55,724 nt of DNA. It comes from Octopus bimaculoides (taxonomy: Eukaryota). Below, in pieces: positions 49,063 to 55,724 of this stretch. A program made the translations under genes and the position numbers. Each line of letters starts with the position of its first letter. The stretch's first letter is position 1. A model generated the notes under the pieces. It was not told the origin of the DNA. It did no database searches and worked only from the letters and a program-made list of their open reading frames with translations. The stretch lies in assembly GCF_001194135.2 (NCBI RefSeq), contig NC_068986.1:43587272-43642995 (forward strand). Reading direction: 5' to 3'.

Positions 49063-50941
49063 ATAAAAAAATATATATACATATATGTACTCATATTTTG
49101 AGTTCTATTTTCGTCTTTGCATCACAATACCTATATATATANNNNNNNNNNNNNNNNNNNNNNNNNNNNNNNNNNNNNNNNNNNNNNNNNNNNNNNNNNN
49201 NNNNNNNNNNNNNNNNNNNNNNNNNNNNNNNNNNNNNNNNNNNNNNNNNNNNNNNNNNNNNNNNNNNNNNNNNNNNNNNNNNNNNNNNNNNNNNNNNNNN
49301 NNNNNNNNNNNNNNNNNNNNNNNNNNNNNNNNNNNNNNNNNNNNNNNNNNNNNNNNNNNNNNNNNNNNNNNNNNNNNNNNNNNNNNNNNNNNNNNNNNNN
49401 NNNNNNNNNNNNNNNNNNNNNNNNNNNNNNNNNNNNNNNNNNNNNNNNNNNNNNNNNNNNNNNNNNNNNNNNNNNNNNNNNNNNGTGTGTATGTTAACAG
49501 AAAATGAAAAGAAATGATTGTATATAAGTGTAATTGAGAGAAACTATTGTGGATCATGAAATCAAATTTCCTTCGATAATTTCTTCCTATTCTTCTAGAA
49601 AGTTCTTTAAATTGTCACTAACAGACACCAGCTCATCCCAGTGTATTACATACGCCAAAATAGCCATTTCTCCATTTTTTTTTTTTATTTTTACGCTGCA
49701 GAACTAACATTAGCGGTACAAATTGACCATCTAGATTCAACTGTATTATTTGATGTGATTTGAATGGTAAATGTAAATTTACATTGCAAAATGTAAATTC
49801 TATTTGACAAAGTGGCAAAAAATCCTGTTGAATGGAACAAAATTTTCTTTCAATGCAAACGTTTATATTGATATTTTCCTAATTTGTCACGAGTAATCAA
49901 TGAATAGAAGAGACAAACAAACAATGAAGAAAATACAACTTTAAAGAAAATACAGATGTTCATGTTTATCCTTTTTTGAGAATGCGTATAATAATTTTGT
50001 GAAACATCATCAGTTATTGAAGCTAATTTTCTTTCAGTCATACTTTGTTGATATCTCTGAAGAACTTATCGCTGAATAAATGATATTCACTGGATTCTGT
50101 GAAAATAATTGTAGGAAGTCTCAGTTTGATACTAAAATGTATCCCGTTGCTATACTGAAATACATTGAGATACCCCACGTCAAATTCAACGCCAGCTTGG
50201 ACAACACTTGCCAAAGAGAATAAATATATTGATTTATGATATAGATTAGACACTGAGATCTTAAACGACAGATAGTTATATGAAAAGCCTAATTTAGCTA
50301 CAAATCAACAAAGTTGAAGCTAAATATTCGTTATCTATCATGAGATAATTAGTCATTAAATTTTGTCTTCTGTATGCTTCAATCATAGTTACTTCCATTG
50401 AAATTGATTCCATGGAATAGAAATACAGTAGAACATTACATCTCACGTATTACAGTAACTATTTTCATTCTTCTCCTTGTAGAGTTCAAATTCCAACAAA
50501 ATCGACTTTACCTGTGTTTTATCTTATGTCAATAAACGAAGTCAACTATATTGAGGTGGTGTCAATCGATAAACCAATTTGCAGTTATGTACCTTTATAA
50601 GAAAATATTGGTCAGCAATTTCATAAACAGTTCCTTTCATTCTTAATGTTTACGAAATTCTTAAAGAAGCAAGTCTAAAACAAAATTAGAAGATATTATT
50701 GACAAAAATGCATTTTGCGACATGTTTTAGCTTCTTAATATCCGGTCTGATATAATCTCAGTCAGACATTTTAATACAAATTTAAATAGACACATTGACA
50801 CACACACATTCACAAGAATGCGCGCGAACACACACATACATGTATATATATNNNNNNNNNNNNNNNNNNNNNNNNNNNNNNNNNNNTATATATATATATA
50901 TATGCATACATACACATACACCACAAACACGCGCGCGCGCA

Positions 50942-50978
<37 letters not shown>

Positions 50979-52244
50979 CATCTAATGCTAATTCCATCAT
51001 TTACGCTGTTATTTATTCTCCCTCTATAAAGCAATTTATAGGTTGGCCAGGTATAGCTAATAATAAATCAATATTTTATAATTATATAATTCAATCGATT
51101 TTGTTATATAGATGTTCCAACGGTGTGATATAACCGCACGAAGCATTCAGATGCCTAACTGTAACATGAAAGGCAAATTGCAGTTTTTTGTTTTGTTTTG
51201 GGGGTGGATTTTACTGCATTCTAACCAACTGCTTTTTTATTACTGCATTCTAACCAACATTATTAGGAGCATATCACAATTTACGCGCAGTTCGGCATTC
51301 CAAGTTTCAATTTGCGGAAAGGAACTCTCCCTGGAAAGCGTAATAAGGTTTCAGCATCAGTATTGTTTGCAAAATTATTGTTCCATTTGACAATAAACCG
51401 ACATTGTCACTGAGCACGTTACTGTACCGTCGAGCAGAAATTGCTTGAAATTCTTTTTTCGGTATTTTATGCCTGCTCAGCATGGAACATTTTGTAAATA
51501 TGATGGATAAAGAATTAAATATTCAATATATTTGCAGTGACGAATAAATTGATTTTACAAAAGAAAACTGTAGCTTCATTATTTCCTTTTGGCAAAAAAA
51601 AAAAACACATAAACTTACACATAGGAGATTTATCAGCAAGTTTTAGACACCATTAGTCAAAATATGTCAATGTACACCAATAAGATGCAATGTGACTCTC
51701 GTATATTATTCTAATTATGCTATAGTTTAACAAAGAGCATACATGTACATTATATTTGATATCGTTATGTCCTATCAGTCTCCTAAGTTGATTATGTAAA
51801 CAAGATTGGAGCACTATCAGTTATTCAAAATAATGATCTTGTGCCATTAAATTATACTATGCGTGATAGAAAAAATGCATCTGAATATGTTGAATATGCT
51901 GGAATCTTACAGGATTCCAGGTTATTAAATACATTTACATATGTTTAACAATTTAATATTTCGTTCTTTTGTCCAGTTGATCTATAGATATTTAAAAATG
52001 TAATAAATATGATTCTGTTCTAAACATTTACATTAACGTCAGCGTAGATTGTTTGGAATACAAAAGACAATATTTTAGTTCTAAATTTCATAACTAATCT
52101 TATAGTAAGTGTGCACTTACAAGTGTGTGCACTTACAAATCACTCACAACCGTGACTGCTTCATTAAAAAGTTCGCTTCGTTCCGGTTTCAGTCGTTCTG
52201 GGTTTAGTTCCTCTGCACGGCGTAAATAAACGCACTCATATACA

Positions 52245-52418
52245 TATTCTTTTACTTTTTTCAGTCATTTGACTGCAGCCATGCTGGAGCATCACCTTAG
52301 AGGGTGTTAGTCGAAGAAATCGATTCCATGACTGATTCTGTGCAAGCCTAGTACTTATTCTATCGGTTACTTTTGCCAAACCGCTAAGTTACAAGGACAT
52401 AAACACATCAGCATCGTT
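52245..52418 (-). mobile_element. SINE family A 3' tail
   Basis: ttcagtcatttgactgcagccatgctggagc...ctagtacttattctatcgg...ccgctaagttac. Confidence 0.8.
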
Positions 52419-52461
52419 ATCGCTTGTCTATATGCATATATATGCATATACATATATATAT

Positions 52462-52570
52462 TTATATATATTTTACTCTGTGAAACTTAATTTAATTTTA
52501 ATTTTTAATAAATTGATTTTAATTGAGTTTTTACCTGTAATTTTGGATTTTATCCCTAATATTATTATTA
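52462..52570 (+). repeat. Second copy of the AT-rich repeat end seen at 26300-26405
   Basis: aatttaattttaatttttaataaattgattttaattgagtttttacctgtaattttgga-tttatccctaatattattatt is shared; embedded in (TA)n. Confidence 0.8.
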
Positions 52571-52802
52571 TATATATATATACATATATATACATAGACA
52601 TGTATGTATATATATATATATTTATATAAATAATACACACACNNNNNNNNNNNNNNNNNNNNNNNNNNNNNNNNNNNNNNNNNNNNNNNNNNNNNNNNNN
52701 NNNNNNNNNNNNNNNNNNNNNNNNNNNNNNNNNNNNNNNNNNNNNNNNNNNNNNNNNNNNNNNNNNNNNNNNNNNNNNNNNNNNNNNNNNNNNNNNNNNN
52801 NN

Positions 52803-52839
<37 letters not shown>

Positions 52840-54099
52840 CGCGTATATTGTATGTCTATAGAAGCACGCGCACATGCGTGCATGCGGAAAACAAATTTAC
52901 ATACACAAGTAGATAGAGATAGAGATAGAAGGTAAGGAGAGAAAATGGTCATAGAAATGAGACAAGGAAGAGATGAGGCGTGATGAAGCAGCTTAAGGAA
53001 TCTGAGTAATAACTTCTATCTGAGAGCAATTTTTCTGATAAGGAAAGGGTTAAGCTTCGTCCGACTTACTTTTTCGACCGCTTCATATAACCAGTACAAA
53101 CACTAAGTTGTCAGCAGAAGAAATGTTTGTTTTGTCTTTTTGCTGTTTTATTTTGTAAACGAAATATCCTATTCACAACTTATCGAATTCCATTTACTGT
53201 GTAGAAATACAAGGTTTCCTGTACACTGAAGCTTTAATATTCATTTCAATAAATCCAAGAAAGCCAAATTACATTATTTGTTGCTAATTATTATTGGTCC
53301 CAGTTTTAAACGCGCCGATTTCATCCACTTATTAAACCCACAAAAAAAAACACATTGCAAACCCTTATTGAATGAACTTCTAATGTAATATACAGTTGCC
53401 TTAGTTGTGGAAGTTGTCGCGTGGATTTCACCTCAGAGTGTCTTTGCTGCCATTACCTAGCAACGGATATTAACAGGGATTACAATGAATTCAGTTTCGA
53501 AAGAACACATGAGACCTCCACGCTTATTTCCCCTTAAATACTTTCATTCAGCCAGCGGGATAGGGATCGAAACTGACAGCAGTTATATTGATTACAAAAT
53601 AAGTTTGTATTACATATGTGAAGCTACTTGAGTTACAATAAGATGCGAAACCATTATTCTGAATATTGTATAATGTGTATATTGCAAACATGTAGCTATC
53701 TTTATGCAAATGCATGCCTTTCATTTATTTGCACATGATTATTTATATTCAAAGTTGCTATACGTTTCATGACAAATTCGACCTCTCGGTTAATTAAGAC
53801 TTCTGCATAATAGATGAGTAGTGAACACCACAATATTTCATTAAACTCTCGATGAAAAGAAACGACAAAGGGCTTACAATTATTTCTCGTATCAGTTAAT
53901 TGCCTACTTTTTGAAAATAAGTTATAGATTTACATTTAAAGCAGCAGTGCATTAATATTGGTTTCTAATTTACTAAAAACAGAACACGATTTTAGAGGGA
54001 TTCCAATGTTCATTTACCCAATGGTCCAGAATACATCTATTAACACATGTACAGGTAAGAAGGGGTAAAATTAAAGACTACATTAAATATTGTTGCAGC

Positions 54100-54830
54100 T
54101 AACTACTTAGATTACATTCATAGATGATTTTAATGGTCGAAATGTCTTGGAATATCATCTGCAAAAACTGCCTTTCTCTCCTACTTCAATTAATCTATGG
54201 TAGATTTTCATTGCCATTCAAACATTGGTAGAATTCATAAACGAATATTTGTATCTGTTAATTTGTCGAGTGTTAGAAAAAAATTAGGTTGATATATGAA
54301 AAGTACAGAAAGTTATATACTAAACCAGTCTCACTTAATATATTAGTTTACATTTAGTTACATAGATTAATAGCAGGCATTCCAAGAGCCGATATTCCAT
54401 AAATCAGCAATTTGTAATATTAATCTTATTAACGTTAATCTTATTGAGAGAATTTATATACTTTGTGTTAGCGTTGAACCTTTCTTCTCTGTCAACTTTT
54501 CAAGTACGGAACGACTTGTCAGGTGACAGATTGGAGATGTGTTTGCTGATAATGTTAGTCATATGTTTACAATATGTAGGTAGAGGGTTGGAGAATTTAT
54601 TAATGCATAGTTTTTTTCGTTCGGTGTATCGAATGGAAAGTGGTATGCGCTTGTTTAGATTTAATGTTATATCTAAAACGTTTACTATTTTCATGATAAT
54701 ATTCATCTTAAATTGTTATATCCTTCTCAACTATGTATTCTCGGTGACCCTGTTAGAGCCATCGTGTATAAAAACTCATCAAGTTTTTTACCAAGCACAG
54801 ACTATCCATCTTATGAGTTTCCATCAGCAG
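54100..54830 (-). mobile_element. Penelope-like RT C-terminal/linker fragment
   Basis: MNIIMKIVNVLDITLNLNKR...CINKFSNPLPTYCKHMTNIISKHISNLS follows the PLE pattern (N.K.VN.LD.TL.L...YI...SNHP...I..RIS.LS). Confidence 0.7.
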
Positions 54831-55409
54831 TAAGAATCCTTTTCTCTTTGTGATTACTGTGGATCCAACCCTTGAACAAAGTCTGGATCCCAAGTCTCAC
54901 CAACAAGCAAAAGCAATCATGAGGTCAACAGAATCCATATTTCTCTAACGTTGACATTTCTTAATCAAGTTCTTCAAAGTCAGACTTTTTCCAGGGCGCA
55001 AGTACAGACTACTGTTCCCAACGGATTAGAAATATGAACTACAAAAAAAGGAGCTTCACAAAAGGAGCCTTGATGGTACGAATGCTAGGATTTTCTTTGG
55101 GGCTTGAAACATCTCATATTATGAGAAGGCCAAAAGAGATATTTATTGCTATTAAATTACTCTTATTGATACTACCTTTGATTATTTTTACCAATATCTT
55201 ACTTTTTAATATTATTAAAATGAATAATGGCTTCGCACAATCGTTATGTAATACGCCCTACAGGATTTCTTCTGGCTCTTTACATTTTGAGATAAATTAC
55301 CATTTTCTCCCACTTGGTGGATAAAACGTAGTAACAGTCAAATACTGGGGTCGATCTGGATCAAAAAGAGCAAGGGAATAAGTACCAGGCTTTAAAACAT
55401 AAGTACTAG

Positions 55410-55724
55410 GATCTGCATTGAGCAGAGTGATGGGCCTAAAGTTATCTATGGCGTCCCCCTTGTTTGGATCTTTCTTCAGCAGCGTTACCGCTCCTCGGCT
55501 CACAAAACCGGGAATGCTCCCGTTCTGCTGCCAGTTGCAGTACACGGCCGCCAAGACGTCTCCAAACAAGTCTGGCATACAGTTGTAAAGCTCGTAGGGC
55601 AGACGATCCAAACCCGGAGATTTGTCCGTCGAGCAACCCGACATCGCGTCCCTCACCTCCTTCGCAGCACTCCGCCTCTCTTGCCGAGAGTCGTGGCAAG
55701 CTGTGCAGGTAGGCACTAAAGTCC
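55410..55724 (-). mobile_element. L1/Tx1-like LINE ORF2 fragment (start of RT), continues beyond the window
   Basis: KSPGLDRLPYELY...WQQNGSIPGFVSRGAVTLLKKDPNKGDAIDNFRPITLLNAD; ends abruptly at a SINE-tail fragment (55320-55410). Confidence 0.85.

Noticed and set aside
49945-50020. Possible fourth hammerhead on the minus strand (CTGATGA-TGTTT...AAACA-TGAAC-ATCTGT-A)
   Set aside because: GAAA core is broken, the helix III palindrome is imperfect, stem I is weak and no PLE coding remnant lies nearby; it could be chance in AT-rich DNA
53030-53054. piggyBac-like terminus aaagggttaa (similar at about 15080-15090)
   Set aside because: No matching opposite TIR or TTAA TSD found

Overview
AT-rich, repeat-saturated eukaryotic DNA with about 12 assembly gaps, most of them next to microsatellites. 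The SINE families and microsatellite load look like an octopus (cephalopod) genome; this is inferred from recognising the repeats, not from a database search. I find no host protein-coding exon, rRNA, intact tRNA or CRISPR array. The window is a patchwork of: at least three tRNA-derived SINE families; decayed LINEs (RTE, CR1-like, L1/Tx1-like, R4/Dong-like); several Penelope-like retroelement (PLE) remnants; IS630-Tc1-mariner elements (mariner DD34D, maT-like DD37D, and one Tc1-like copy with DD36E spacing); and two hAT-related transposase relics. The most interesting signals concern PLEs: three different minimal hammerhead ribozyme motifs; a GIY-YIG endonuclease whose two signature motifs are separated by about 197 Asn/Ser-rich codons; and several small fold-back elements, one carrying tRNA-derived Pol III heads in a direct-plus-inverted layout typical of PLE insertions. 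That last element is a candidate PLE-mobilised SINE-like element. All coding remnants are disrupted.
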